A DNA stretch of 64,000 nt. It comes from Dehalococcoidia bacterium. Lineage in GTDB: Bacteria > Chloroflexota > Dehalococcoidia > Lucifugimonadales > JAGWBF01. The position numbers were made by a program, and so were the translations under genes. The notes under the pieces were generated by a model. That model saw nothing but the letters and a program-made list of their open reading frames with translations. It had not been told where the DNA came from and did no database searches. Positions 1 through 10,039 of this stretch are shown here, piece by piece (position 1 is the first letter of the stretch; the number at the start of each line of letters is the position of its first letter). The stretch spans positions 12,694 through 76,693 of the forward strand of contig DAOUKR010000009.1 in NCBI GenBank assembly GCA_034421095.1, written 5' to 3'.

Positions 1-1
1 C

Positions 2-655
2 GAGACCTCTAACCGCCGTGTGACTCGTCAGGAGCCGGACGGAAGCATCACCGTCGTGGCGAGCACCTATCAAGGCAGAAGATTGAACAGCCCCAACGAC
101 GTGGTGGTAAAGTCTGACGGCAGCATCTACTTCACCGACCCCGGCGCGCCGGCCCCCGGGCTTGACATGGACTTCTCAGGAGTGTACCGGGTCTCTCCTG
201 ACCTGGGCGACGTTACCCTGCTGGTCAAGAACTTTTTCTTGCCCAACGGACTGGCCTTCTCTCCCGATGAGAGCATCCTCTACGTGGACGACTCCTTCCG
301 GTTCCCTCCTGTGGAGAACAGGCGGGGGTGGATAAGAGCCTTCGACGTGACGCCCAACGGTATGCTGGCCCTTGCCAGCGACCGCGTATTGTGTGAGATG
401 ACCGGACCCCATCCGGGCGTCCCAGACGGCATGAAGGTGGACATCGAAGGTAACATCTATTGCACGGGACCCGGCGGAGTGTGGGTCGTAGACCCTTCGG
501 GTAGGCATCTGGGGACCATCTTGACGGGTGCTGGTCAGACCACCAACTGTGGTTGGGGAGGCGACGACCTGAAGACCCTGTTCATCACCACGTGGGACGG
601 ACTTTTGAGGATTCAGCTAAAAATCCCCGGTTTGCCCGTGCAGAAGGGTCTATAG
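2..655 (+). CDS. SMP-30/gluconolactonase/LRE-family lactonase, 5' end truncated by the window edge
   Basis: The reading frame is open back to base 2. Motifs NSPNDVVVKSDGSIYFTDP and DGMKVDIEGNIYCTGPGG are typical of six-bladed propeller gluconolactonases. Only about 211 aa are visible. Confidence 0.75.
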   Translation, partial: ETSNRRVTRQEPDGSITVVASTYQGRRLNSPNDVVVKSDGSIYFTDPGAPAPGLDMDFSGVYRVSPDLGDVTLLVKNFFLPNGLAFSPDESILYVDDSFRFPPVENRRGWIRAFDVTPNGMLALASDRVLCEMTGPHPGVPDGMKVDIEGNIYCTGPGGVWVVDPSGRHLGTILTGAGQTTNCGWGGDDLKTLFITTWDGLLRIQLKIPGLPVQKGL

Positions 656-1504
656 CGCTTCCTGCCCGGGTTGTAGCTTCACGAATTTCTGGACTCTGTA
701 ATTGGAGGCATCCACAGCATAGAGGTCTCCCCTGGAGTCGCTGAACACGTTGTGCCCGTTGTCGAAGGTACGACCCCTGGCCAGCAACTCTCCTTCAAGG
801 GTGAGCACGCTGAGACGCGGGATCTGATCGGTAACGTAGGCAATCTGGTCGGAGTCAATGTGAATACCCATCGGAGCTTTGAAATCGGTCCACTGGGTGA
901 TGTACTCCCCCTCGGAGGTAAACACCTGCACGCGATGGTTCTCCCGGTCACATACGAATACTCGCCCATCCCGAGACACCCGCAGACTGTGTGGGACCCT
1001 GAACTGCCCAGGCCCGCTACCCGGGCTGCCAAAGGAAGAGATATAGCTTCCATCGGCTGAGAATCGGTGTACGCTGGAGTTGCCGTACCCGTCGGAGACG
1101 TATATCTCTCCACCAGGCGAGACCGCTATGTCAGAGGGATGGTTGAATGGGGCCTGTAAAGCGGCACTGTACCTGGTCCCAAGTTTCATTACCTGCTGTC
1201 CTTCAGTCGTATACACCAGGACCTGGTGTGCGTCCCGGTCGGCGAGATACACACGGTCATCGGGGCTGATGTAGATGTGGTGAGCATCTTCCAACTCTTG
1301 GGGACGACGGGGCCATTCATTCAGGAAATTCCCGTCACGGTCGAAAACCAGGATAGGAGGGCCACTGCGCTGGAACACGTAAACCCTGTCCTGAGAGTCC
1401 ACGGCCACGGCACTGGGCGACTGGAGAACCCGCCCAGATGGGAGCTTGACCCAGTCGTCCCGGTATTCGTAGACATACGCTCCCATGCCTATCCTAATTG
1501 TCAC
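650..1504 (-). CDS. NHL-repeat beta-propeller protein (peptidyl-alpha-hydroxyglycine lyase-like)
   Basis: 284-aa ORF with repeated units such as RVYVFQRSGPPILVFDRDGNF, RVYLADRDAHQVLVY and RVFVCDRENHRVQVF. It is a paralog of 19480..20433. Confidence 0.7.
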   Translation of the reverse strand: MTIRIGMGAYVYEYRDDWVKLPSGRVLQSPSAVAVDSQDRVYVFQRSGPPILVFDRDGNFLNEWPRRPQELEDAHHIYISPDDRVYLADRDAHQVLVYTTEGQQVMKLGTRYSAALQAPFNHPSDIAVSPGGEIYVSDGYGNSSVHRFSADGSYISSFGSPGSGPGQFRVPHSLRVSRDGRVFVCDRENHRVQVFTSEGEYITQWTDFKAPMGIHIDSDQIAYVTDQIPRLSVLTLEGELLARGRTFDNGHNVFSDSRGDLYAVDASNYRVQKFVKLQPGQEAL

Positions 1505-1958
1505 GCCTGACCGCCTCTATGTGCTCATTCCGGGCACTTCCATCCCCGGCAGGACTGTGGACTATTCGTCTTATAGCCCGGAGACTTGTGACGGGGAAGT
1601 CGTACAGGAGCATTCGGGTGCCTTCGTAGGGAAGCTTCCAGATTTTCAGCAGTCCGATAAAGCCTTCTACTGCTCCCCGGAAGAATAGCCAGGGAATAGA
1701 GGCCGTCATCGTTCCAAGCCATGTGGAAAACATGGCACCAAAGACACTGGGTCTATCCTCGTCCGGTCCGTCAAGCCAATCGCGCCAGCCTGTTGCGACA
1801 TAACCCTCTCTGGGATATTCGCGTACAAGCCTTCCATAATTCAGCGGCGTGTTCTCTCCGGTAAGACCTCGATACGCGCCTATGAATGGGCCGAACATGA
1901 GGTAGACCACCGGGAGCGTCACAAGCTTGACAAAACCTGCTATCAGCTTCAATCTCAT
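1494..1958 (-). CDS. Hypothetical membrane protein
   Basis: The ORF could extend to 2042, but the internal ATG at 1958 (MRLKLIAGF...) begins a hydrophobic segment. I recognised no family, and the 3' end overlaps the NHL gene start by 11 nt. Confidence 0.3.
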   Translation of the reverse strand: MRLKLIAGFVKLVTLPVVYLMFGPFIGAYRGLTGENTPLNYGRLVREYPREGYVATGWRDWLDGPDEDRPSVFGAMFSTWLGTMTASIPWLFFRGAVEGFIGLLKIWKLPYEGTRMLLYDFPVTSLRAIRRIVHSPAGDGSARNEHIEAVRRDN

Positions 1959-2150
1959 TGCAATCACCAATTTGCAAGTTCTAGCATTGTAGTAGCACCC
2001 TTTTGCTGGCGTCAAGGCTATCAGCGCGGTTAATACGGGCATATTGACGAGCGAATGGTGGGGCGCTTGACCCTGCTCTCACACGGCAATACAATACCCC
2101 GAAAGGCTGGGCCGTATGACCAAGGTGAAGGGCCGGAACGAGGAGAAGGA

Positions 2151-3119
2151 ATGAGCGAGAAAAGGGTCGGCATCATGGTGGGAGACCCGGTGATTCTGGG
2201 ACCCAATAGCAATGCCGTTCTGGATTACATAGAGAAGGCCGAGAATATGGGAATCTCCGCCGCCTGGTGTACAACAAGCATGGCCGGACTGGACGCCCTG
2301 ACTCTCTTTGCCGGCGCTGCCGGACGCACTCAGCAAATATTATTTGGGACCGCTATTGTAACCTCCTTTCCCCGTCACCCCGTTGTCATGGCCCAACAGA
2401 TCCAGGTGATTAACGAACTGGCTCCGGGCCGCATAAGGCTGGGCGTTGGCACAGGGCACAGAGGCGACATGGAAGCCACCTTTGGCGCCGACTTCCGCGC
2501 CCCCCTGGCCCATCTGGGTGAGTACCTCTACATCCTCAAAACCTTGCTGCAAGAAGGGTCGGTGGACTTCGACGGACGCTATTATAGCTCCCACAGCAGC
2601 ATACAAACTCCCGTGGACGTGCCAGTGATGGCCTCGGCACTGCAGCCAAAGTCCTTCGAGCTATGCGGGGCCGGGGCCGACGGGGCTATCACGTGGGTCT
2701 GCCCCGCGTCTTATCTGCGAGACGTGGCCTTGCCCGCCATGAAAGCGGCGGCGGAGAAAGCCGACCGCCCCACTCCACCACTAATCTACGGCGGGCCGGC
2801 CTGCGTCCACGATAACCCCGACGAGGTGAAAGCAGCCATAAGGAAGGAGCTTGGCCACGTCCGGCTGGCCTTTTACCAGCGTATGCTTGCCGCAGCGGGA
2901 TTTCCCGATGCCTTCAACGGGACGTGGAGCGACGCTATGATAGACGCCGTCACCCTGTCGGGCAGCGAGTCCCAGGTTAAGGAACAGATAGAGAGGCTAT
3001 TCTCCATCGGAGTGACGGAGATTATGGCGTGTCCGGTTGCTGCCGGAAGCGACCGGGAGGCTTCCGTGGAGCGTACGCTGAGGTTGTTGGCAGAGGTCTC
3101 CAACTCTACGAAAGGGTAA
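2151..3119 (+). CDS. Luciferase-like (LLM class) flavin/F420-dependent oxidoreductase
   Basis: The track ORF starts at 2055, but the ATG at 2151 follows GGAGAAGGA, and MSEKRVGIMVG is a typical LLM N-terminus. The fold is LLM-like throughout (GIRLGVGTGH...). Confidence 0.75.
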   Translation: MSEKRVGIMVGDPVILGPNSNAVLDYIEKAENMGISAAWCTTSMAGLDALTLFAGAAGRTQQILFGTAIVTSFPRHPVVMAQQIQVINELAPGRIRLGVGTGHRGDMEATFGADFRAPLAHLGEYLYILKTLLQEGSVDFDGRYYSSHSSIQTPVDVPVMASALQPKSFELCGAGADGAITWVCPASYLRDVALPAMKAAAEKADRPTPPLIYGGPACVHDNPDEVKAAIRKELGHVRLAFYQRMLAAAGFPDAFNGTWSDAMIDAVTLSGSESQVKEQIERLFSIGVTEIMACPVAAGSDREASVERTLRLLAEVSNSTKG

Positions 3120-3123
3120 TCTC

Positions 3124-4173
3124 CTACGCAAAGGTCAGGACCCGCCTGGGGTTCTCCACCAGAATGGCATGTATGTCATCCTCGGTCACGCCCTTGTGAC
3201 GCATCCTGGGAGCGATATTCTCCAGTATGTGAGCGAAGCCATGGCCCCCGTATCGCACCAGACGCACCTTGAAGCAGATGTCATGGGCGATTACAATCCG
3301 GTCTCGATGTCCATCTGCGATGAGCCGCCGGATGAAGCCTATGCGCTGGGCGTCACTGGGTATGTCAATATCCGCGAGGGGATAGTAGGATGATTCCAGG
3401 CCGAACAGGTCATATTCCAGGTAGCAGCCGCTCTGGGCCAACCGGCTAAGGACATCGTAGCTGAAGACGGTGCGATCCAGGTGACCCATAATGGTGCGGC
3501 TAATGTCGGCCCCTGCCTCGGACAATATCTCGATGATTTCCCCGGGGGCCTGCTCGTCCCGGCCCGGGTGGATGAGGATAGCGGCGCCGGTCTCTCTCTG
3601 GGCTATGGCGGCAGCCCGAAGCACCTTCCTCTCGTTGTCGGTCAGGGGCCATGAGCAGCCCAACTCGCCGATGATTCCGGCCTTGACACCGGTATCGTCC
3701 ACACCATCCGTAATTTCTCCCGCGATTTGGGAAGCCAGTTGGGACTCGGTACGCTGGGACATGTCCGAAGGGTGTACCATGTCCACGTAAAAGCCGGCTC
3801 CCATGATGACGTTCAACCCGGTTGCCCGTGCGATGCGTGCCAGGCCCAGGGGGTCCCGTCCGATGCCGACGGTGGTGGCATCAACTATAGTGCTTCCCCC
3901 GGCCATCTTGTAACGCATGGCCTCGCGTATCGCCACGTCCTCATCTATCAAGTTCAAGTTGTCCAGGTTGCTGGTCCAGTTATACTTGATCCATCCCAGG
4001 TTATCCAGGGCAACGGGTTGATACGCCAGCGCCTTCTGGCTGGCCTCTTGTGGCTCCACAAACATGCAGGAGAAATTGATGAGAAGGTGCTCATGGGTCG
4101 TGGTAGCGCCCAGACTGTCCGGGGATACGGGACCGAGCACGGTCTGGGCATGTCCCGATAGCGATGACGACAT
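3124..4173 (-). CDS. Phosphotriesterase-family amidohydrolase (PTE/PHP-like lactonase)
   Basis: 349 aa. The N-terminal metal-binding motif TTHEHLL, later ILIHPG and IAHDI, and the overall length match phosphotriesterase-homology proteins. Confidence 0.8.
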   Translation of the reverse strand: MSSSLSGHAQTVLGPVSPDSLGATTTHEHLLINFSCMFVEPQEASQKALAYQPVALDNLGWIKYNWTSNLDNLNLIDEDVAIREAMRYKMAGGSTIVDATTVGIGRDPLGLARIARATGLNVIMGAGFYVDMVHPSDMSQRTESQLASQIAGEITDGVDDTGVKAGIIGELGCSWPLTDNERKVLRAAAIAQRETGAAILIHPGRDEQAPGEIIEILSEAGADISRTIMGHLDRTVFSYDVLSRLAQSGCYLEYDLFGLESSYYPLADIDIPSDAQRIGFIRRLIADGHRDRIVIAHDICFKVRLVRYGGHGFAHILENIAPRMRHKGVTEDDIHAILVENPRRVLTFA

Positions 4174-4202
4174 ATCAATGCTCCTGTCTAAGATGAAAAC
4201 GT

Positions 4203-5657
4203 CTAACCTACCTCGAAACTTCCACGGCCTTCGTCCAGATACACGGTTGTACCTACACGGGACAAGGTGATTTTCTGCTGGTAAGTGCCTCCACTTACTT
4301 GATGCTCCGACCTGTGGATTTCCGTAGACCAGGCCACTCCCCGGGGGTCTGGGCCGTTCACCAGGGCCTCTCTCAGCACCCGTCCATCCATATCTTCCCC
4401 TCCGGGAATGCCAAGTATCCCCAATATCGTCGGAGAGAGGTCTACGTTGCCTGAGGGGATGTCCAAACTGATTCCTCTCCTGAAGCTAGGCCCGCTGGCA
4501 ATAAGGACGTTCCGTATCTCGTGTGCGCTCATGGAACCGTGCTGGCCCACTCCTGGAGTTCCGCTCGATGAGTAAACGTAACCGGGGAATCCGGCTTGAT
4601 TAGTCCTGTGCTCCCATTTGAAGGACATCGTAATCTCAGGCGCACGGAAGCCCTCGTTGCCGACCAGAACAGCCGGGAGTGTGCCCGGGATACCTGTCGC
4701 AGACTCGGAGGTTATAAGAGGGCCGCACCAGGGTTGCACCATTAGCCACTCTGCCAGCCTCTCTGATACCCTTCGGTCGCTATCATGTACGTAGAACAGC
4801 ACCGAGCCTCCATTAGGGGCTACCACCACCCCGCCGGGTCTGTCACCACACGGGAAACCTGCTTCTCGGACGCGAGCTTCGATGTCTACAACGCCGGTGA
4901 TAGTCGAGTAGCCATGGTCCGAGACGACTATCAAGTCTGTCTCAGCAGATAGGCCATTATCTTCGAGCCAACTAAGAAGTCTGCCTAGCTGCTCATCGGC
5001 GGCATTGATGGCCTTCTTTGCCAACTCCGAGTTGACCCCTTCCGCATGTTGCGCACCGTCCGGTTCCGAGAACCAGATGAGGAGGACCGATGGAGACCGC
5101 TCTGGCAGGAGGTAATTGGTGGTGATGTCAACTGCATGGGCCATCCTCGCTGAGTTCGGTATGCCGTGCTCGGGCCACTGGCCGAAACGGCTTAGAACCT
5201 CATCGTGGAGACTGGACGGTAGGCAGAAGTTGGGGTGGACCGTCGCTCCGCCGGAACGCTCAGCATTGGGGTTATGCAGGTAAGCGTTCCCGCTTGTCCC
5301 TATGCCCACAGCAATGTATTCCTTGTTATGCTGGGAAAGGATGTCAGCTAGAGTAGGGGCGAGCAGGACATGTCCGGTCTTCTTGGCAATCTGTGCTAGC
5401 TGGGGCTCCATGACGGGGAGAGCATGGCCTGGGTCGAAGTCCCTGAAGACAAGTGTATTTCCTGCTATGCCGTGGCCGCCGGGATGTCGGCCCGTTACTA
5501 TGCTTGCTACGTTTGTGCGTGTCACAGTAGGGAACCCGGCGTGATGTCGGTCGAAAATGACCCCCTCGGCAGCCAGCTCCGCCAGGTTAGGCATCAGTTC
5601 GGACGTCACCTGTGAGGGTTGAAGCCCATCGAACACCACTATCAATAAAGGTCTCAT
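4203..5657 (-). CDS. Nucleotide pyrophosphatase/phosphodiesterase (alkaline phosphatase superfamily)
   Basis: I set the start at MRPLLIVVFDGL (cat at 5655-5657). The track's longer ORF runs through the tRNA-Pro gene. FPTVTRTNVASIVTG is a Thr-nucleophile motif, and VVSDHG is a metal site. Confidence 0.75.
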   Translation of the reverse strand: MRPLLIVVFDGLQPSQVTSELMPNLAELAAEGVIFDRHHAGFPTVTRTNVASIVTGRHPGGHGIAGNTLVFRDFDPGHALPVMEPQLAQIAKKTGHVLLAPTLADILSQHNKEYIAVGIGTSGNAYLHNPNAERSGGATVHPNFCLPSSLHDEVLSRFGQWPEHGIPNSARMAHAVDITTNYLLPERSPSVLLIWFSEPDGAQHAEGVNSELAKKAINAADEQLGRLLSWLEDNGLSAETDLIVVSDHGYSTITGVVDIEARVREAGFPCGDRPGGVVVAPNGGSVLFYVHDSDRRVSERLAEWLMVQPWCGPLITSESATGIPGTLPAVLVGNEGFRAPEITMSFKWEHRTNQAGFPGYVYSSSGTPGVGQHGSMSAHEIRNVLIASGPSFRRGISLDIPSGNVDLSPTILGILGIPGGEDMDGRVLREALVNGPDPRGVAWSTEIHRSEHQVSGGTYQQKITLSRVGTTVYLDEGRGSFEVG

Positions 5658-5737
5658 TTGAAGCAGAACACTCAGGACATCCGAAGTACATACGCAGTCA
5701 ATGACATCCGGGGCCGAGTCACGTAAGCATTGCAGCG

Positions 5738-5813
5738 TGGTCGGGGTGAGTGGATTCGAACCACCGACCTCCACGTCCCGAACGTGGCGCGCTAGCCGCT
5801 GCGCTACACCCCG
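5738..5813 (-). tRNA. tRNA-Pro (anticodon CGG), CCA encoded
   Basis: The reverse complement reads CGGGGTGTAGCGCAGCGGCTAGCGCGCCACGTTCGGGACGTGGAGGTCGGTGGTTCGAATCCACTCACCCCGACCA. It forms a cloverleaf with anticodon loop TTCGGGA and a GGTTCGAATCC T-arm. Confidence 0.9.
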
Positions 5814-6036
5814 ACGAGTCATATTATAAACCCATATCCTGGCGTTTTGATAGACCTACGTTCAGATACTACAGCGACGGACGCCATAATTAATGGGGTA
5901 TAATTAGGTGCATGGTTCCCGATACATGATATATAGGATTCTAAGCTCGAGTCGGTATCGGCATTCTATTGAGAATGTCTTGCTAGAATCAAAGGAGAGC
6001 GAATAAATCTTCACATTTATATCTGAGGGGTGATAC

Positions 6037-7674
6037 ATGGCGGTCATGACCGGGGCACAGGCACTTGTACGTTCTCTGGCAAGGGAAGGGGTTGACGTGG
6101 TATTCGGGCTGCCAGGCCAACAGATTATGGAGGTCTTTGACGCTCTGCAAGGAGAGCCGTCTATACGTCTGGTCACGGTGCGCCATGAGCAGGGCACCAC
6201 ATATATGGCCGATGGCTATGCCCGCACTACGGGAAAGGTGGGCGTAGGTCTTGTAGTGCCAGGCCCCGGCGCCCTCAACGCCACTGCCGGTCTTGCCACC
6301 GCCTACGCCACCTCGTCTCCGGTACTCCTCATCAGCGGTCAGATGGAGAGCTATAACTTGGGCAAGAGACGCGGCGCTTTGCACGAGGTGGAAGACCAGC
6401 TGGATATTTTCCGGCCCATCACCAAGTGGTGTGACCGGATTCTCCAAGTGGATGGGATCCCGGATGCTGTCCACGAAGCCATGAAACAGCTACGCACCGG
6501 CAGGCCCAGGCCGGCAGAGTTGGAGATACCCTGGGACATCCTGCCGGTATCCGCCGATGTAGACTTGCCCGAGGCTGAAGTCTTTCCCAAACAAGCTCCA
6601 GACCTCGATAAAATAAAGACGGCGGCTGAGCTACTTCAACATGCTCGGAGGCCTCTCATCTGGGCTGGAGGAGGAACAATAGCCGCCGATGCCTCCCATG
6701 AACTTATCGAGCTTGCCACCACCCTCAACGCTCCGGTCATTACGACTCACCAGGCCAAGGGCATCATACCGGAGGACCACCAACTCTCGCTGGGGACCTT
6801 CTACTATGGGCATGGCCCTGGGTATCGTGCCATGCCCCAGGCCGACGTGATTCTGGCAGTAGGAAGCCGGCTCCACCTCACCCCCAGTGTCCCTTGGGCT
6901 TTCCAGGCTCACCAGAAACTCATCCACATAGACGCCGATTCCGCGGAGTTGGGCAGGAACCAGACCACTCAGGTGGCCATCACATCCGACGCCAGGCTGG
7001 GCCTCCAGTCAATTCTATCCCAGCTAGGAGGAAAATCGGCCAGCGAGTGGACTCACGGAGACATGGCGACCATCAAGAGGGAGGCTTATAGCGAGATTAA
7101 AGAGATGGCCCCTCTGGAAGTGGAGATTATCGAGACCCTGCGCCAGGAGCTTGAGGATGATGCTATCGTGGTAGGAGGAATCACCGGTGTGGGCTACTGG
7201 AGCTATCTGGCCTTTCCGGTGCTGAAACCTCGCTCCTATCTAACATCATCCTACTTTGCGACTTTGGGCTATGCCTTCCCCACCGCCATTGGAGCCAAGA
7301 TTGGAAACCCGGACCGTCAGGTTGTGGCTATATGTGGCGATGGCGGCTTTATGTATGGCATACCGGACCTTGCTACGGCCGTGCAGGAAGGTGTCGGCCT
7401 GGTTGTGCTCGTGTTCAACAACAGTTCCTTTGGCGCTTCCTTGTCCGACCAACAGACGCGTTTTAAGGGCAGGGTGTACGGCACTGAGCTTCAAAATCCC
7501 AATTTTGCTCGTTTGGCCGAGTCCTTTGGCGCGACGGGAATTGCGCTTTCAGGGCCGGGCGAATTGAGGGACGCCCTCAGAGGTGCCTTGAGGCGCAATG
7601 GCCCAGTGGTAATTGAGGTGCCCATGCCCCTCCTTACCTCGCCCTTTCAGGTTTCTCCAAAGGGTATGGAATAG
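6037..7674 (+). CDS. Thiamine-diphosphate-dependent enzyme (acetolactate synthase large-subunit-like)
   Basis: 545 aa with a three-domain ThDP layout. The ThDP-binding motif is CGDGGFMYGIPDLATAVQEGVGLVVLVFNNSSFG (GDG-x(n)-NN). Confidence 0.8.
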   Translation: MAVMTGAQALVRSLAREGVDVVFGLPGQQIMEVFDALQGEPSIRLVTVRHEQGTTYMADGYARTTGKVGVGLVVPGPGALNATAGLATAYATSSPVLLISGQMESYNLGKRRGALHEVEDQLDIFRPITKWCDRILQVDGIPDAVHEAMKQLRTGRPRPAELEIPWDILPVSADVDLPEAEVFPKQAPDLDKIKTAAELLQHARRPLIWAGGGTIAADASHELIELATTLNAPVITTHQAKGIIPEDHQLSLGTFYYGHGPGYRAMPQADVILAVGSRLHLTPSVPWAFQAHQKLIHIDADSAELGRNQTTQVAITSDARLGLQSILSQLGGKSASEWTHGDMATIKREAYSEIKEMAPLEVEIIETLRQELEDDAIVVGGITGVGYWSYLAFPVLKPRSYLTSSYFATLGYAFPTAIGAKIGNPDRQVVAICGDGGFMYGIPDLATAVQEGVGLVVLVFNNSSFGASLSDQQTRFKGRVYGTELQNPNFARLAESFGATGIALSGPGELRDALRGALRRNGPVVIEVPMPLLTSPFQVSPKGME

Positions 7675-7780
7675 ACCCCTGGCATGATGATTGTCTGCCC
7701 ATATCCTCTTCCTCCGGGTGTACCGTCCAACTTGACAGGGACTCTGAATGTTCCGCCTAGATGTTCTAAGGAGATGAGCG

Positions 7781-8620
7781 ATGCCAATACCAGTACCTTT
7801 CAGAAAACGTTCCGGTGTGGGTGTGGTAGAGATATTCGGAGCTATAGGTGGAGGTGCGAAGGTACAGGAGCAGTCCCGCATCCTGGACAGCCTCCGCAGG
7901 GACAGGCGGTTCAAAGCCGTGATAGTTGAGATAGACTCGCCCGGAGGGACCGCCTCGGGTTCCGAGCTACTGTACAACAGCCTGTTGAGGGTGGCCCAGG
8001 AAAAACCCGTGGTAGCCTACATCAGGGGTACGGGCGCTTCCGGTGCCTACTACATTAGCTGTGCCGCCAACAAAATAGTGGCATTGCCGTCCTCCCTTGT
8101 TGGGTCCATCGGCGTAATATACCTTCGCCCCGTGTTGCAGCAGCTACTCCAGAAGCTGGGTGTGAGCTTCTCGGTATACAAGAGCGGGGAGTTCAAGGAC
8201 ATGACGGGCTTCTGGCGCAGCCCTACCTCCGCAGAAGAAGACAGGTTCACGGGGCTTATAGATGAGATTTACGGCAACTTCATCCACTCGGTGGCTACGG
8301 GCAGACGGATGGATGAGGAGAAGGTAAGAGAGTACGCCACCGGAGAGGTCTTTACCGGCAGGGGCGCCCATGAGAGGGGCCTTGTGGACGAGCTGGGCGA
8401 TTTCGACCGTGCCCTGGACCTGGCGGCGGAACTGGGCAGGACCCGGCCGAGGCCGATGTGGATAAGGCGCAGGCGGCCATTCATGGAGCGGTTCATGGGC
8501 CGTATCGGCGGCCCGGGGGCAACGGGAGGGCTCGCTTCCGAGCTCGAACCTGTCCTGACGGGGGGCCTATATTACATGGACACACACCACCTGTTCAAGG
8601 GCCTGTGGGACGAGGACTGA
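7781..8620 (+). CDS. sppA: Signal peptide peptidase SppA, 36K type (S49 peptidase)
   Basis: VEIDSPGG and GTGASGAYYISCAANKIVA (Ser nucleophile context) are present. The length and order fit the short SppA/S49 family. Confidence 0.8.
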   Translation: MPIPVPFRKRSGVGVVEIFGAIGGGAKVQEQSRILDSLRRDRRFKAVIVEIDSPGGTASGSELLYNSLLRVAQEKPVVAYIRGTGASGAYYISCAANKIVALPSSLVGSIGVIYLRPVLQQLLQKLGVSFSVYKSGEFKDMTGFWRSPTSAEEDRFTGLIDEIYGNFIHSVATGRRMDEEKVREYATGEVFTGRGAHERGLVDELGDFDRALDLAAELGRTRPRPMWIRRRRPFMERFMGRIGGPGATGGLASELEPVLTGGLYYMDTHHLFKGLWDED

Positions 8621-8701
8621 ATCCAAGTTCTCGGAAATGAAGATACCTTCCGTAGAACTTATATGCTATGATATAAGTGAATTCTCCAATAAGGAGCGGT
8701 T

Positions 8702-10039
8702 TTGACTAAGGAGACAGGGGCTAGGCCATCAAATAGGCCGGTGCTCATACCGGATAGTCTGGAGTCTGAACGTGTGCAGATTGAGTCCAGATATAAGCCC
8801 ATCATACGTGAGGACCTCAAACTTGGCCGGTTAGTATCCTATGTCGGCAATAAGACCGTGCCATTCCTCCGGTTATATCGCTACAAGGAAGCCTTCTCAC
8901 TGGAGTTTGTGAATCGCTTCCTCGACTACTTTGATGCTAAACCCTGTAAGGATACGGTGTTCGACCCCTTTGCCGGCTTAGGCACGACTCTATTTGCGTC
9001 CATGCTCCGCGGAATACCATCCGTTGGTATTGAGAAGCTGCCTGTAGCTGCCTTCGCTTCTAAAACTCTACCGACGTTCTTCCAGATTAAGGAAGGAGAT
9101 ATTGTTGAGACTTTTCAAACACTGAAAAGCAGGGTAGACACTTCCTCCCAGACGGCAATAGCTGAGGGTGTGCCCATCCTTCCTCTTGCATTTGACGAGG
9201 ATATACTCATACGTTTGCGAAGATGGAAGACGGCGATTAACACCTTGGAATCACCTTTACGGGAATCATTCCTTCTACTGTTCTTTTCTATTCTCGAGTC
9301 CACCAGCTATACGGCAAAGGACGGTCAGTTTCTCCGGTTGAAGAGGGACAAGAGGCCGATGTATCCCGACGATGCCCTGCTGGAGAAGGTCCTTCAGGCG
9401 GAAACGGACATCATCATGGCACGCCGGGTTTGGGGTACTCTGAACGGTACGCTTGATAATTTGCCTCGTGTTTACGAAGCCGATACCCGTAATCTAGGAG
9501 GAATGGAGTTCCCTCAATCTCCTACTATCATTATTACCTCTCCCCCCTATGCGAACCGATACGACTATACCAGGAGCTATTGTTTGGAGCTTTGCTTCCA
9601 CTTTGTGAATAGCTTTGAAGAGTTAAAGGCTATCCGTTTCGGCATCCTGCGCTCCCATATAGAATCCAAGACTTCTGCAGAAGATGTCCCGGCCCATCCT
9701 GTAGTGGCTGAGGTGGTTACAAATCTTGGTTATCTGAAACTCAACAACCCTCGCATACCATTTATGCTTACGGCCTATTTTGTGGACATGGAAAAGGCCA
9801 TAAGAGAATGGAGCAAGGTGCTAGCTCCCGGCTCTAAAGTGGCCCTTGTAGTGGACAATGTTCGTTTTGAAGGGGAGATGATGCCCGTTGACTTGATATT
9901 GTCCGATATTGCGGAGCGGCACGGTTTTATTACGGAAGAAGTCATAGTAGCCCGTTATAAAGGCAACAGTTCTCAACAGATGGGACGCTATGGACGCGTC
10001 CCGGTTAGAGAGAGCGTTGTAGTGTGGAGAAAGCCATGA
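8702..10039 (+). CDS. Type II DNA methyltransferase (N6-adenine or N4-cytosine, amino-MTase)
   Basis: TTG start preceded by AAGGAG. The SAM motif I is FDPFAGLGTT near residue 90. The catalytic motif IV is SPPY (IIITSPPYANRYDY) near residue 280. The order I...IV with a long insert suggests an alpha-like permutation. Confidence 0.8.
   Translation: MTKETGARPSNRPVLIPDSLESERVQIESRYKPIIREDLKLGRLVSYVGNKTVPFLRLYRYKEAFSLEFVNRFLDYFDAKPCKDTVFDPFAGLGTTLFASMLRGIPSVGIEKLPVAAFASKTLPTFFQIKEGDIVETFQTLKSRVDTSSQTAIAEGVPILPLAFDEDILIRLRRWKTAINTLESPLRESFLLLFFSILESTSYTAKDGQFLRLKRDKRPMYPDDALLEKVLQAETDIIMARRVWGTLNGTLDNLPRVYEADTRNLGGMEFPQSPTIIITSPPYANRYDYTRSYCLELCFHFVNSFEELKAIRFGILRSHIESKTSAEDVPAHPVVAEVVTNLGYLKLNNPRIPFMLTAYFVDMEKAIREWSKVLAPGSKVALVVDNVRFEGEMMPVDLILSDIAERHGFITEEVIVARYKGNSSQQMGRYGRVPVRESVVVWRKP

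Noticed and set aside
5658-5822. N-terminal 55 codons of the track ORF 4203..5822 (MTRRGVAQRLARHVRDVEVGGSNPLTPTT...)
   Set aside because: This stretch is the translated reverse strand of tRNA-Pro (5738-5813). The phosphodiesterase begins at MRPLLIVVFDG (5657).
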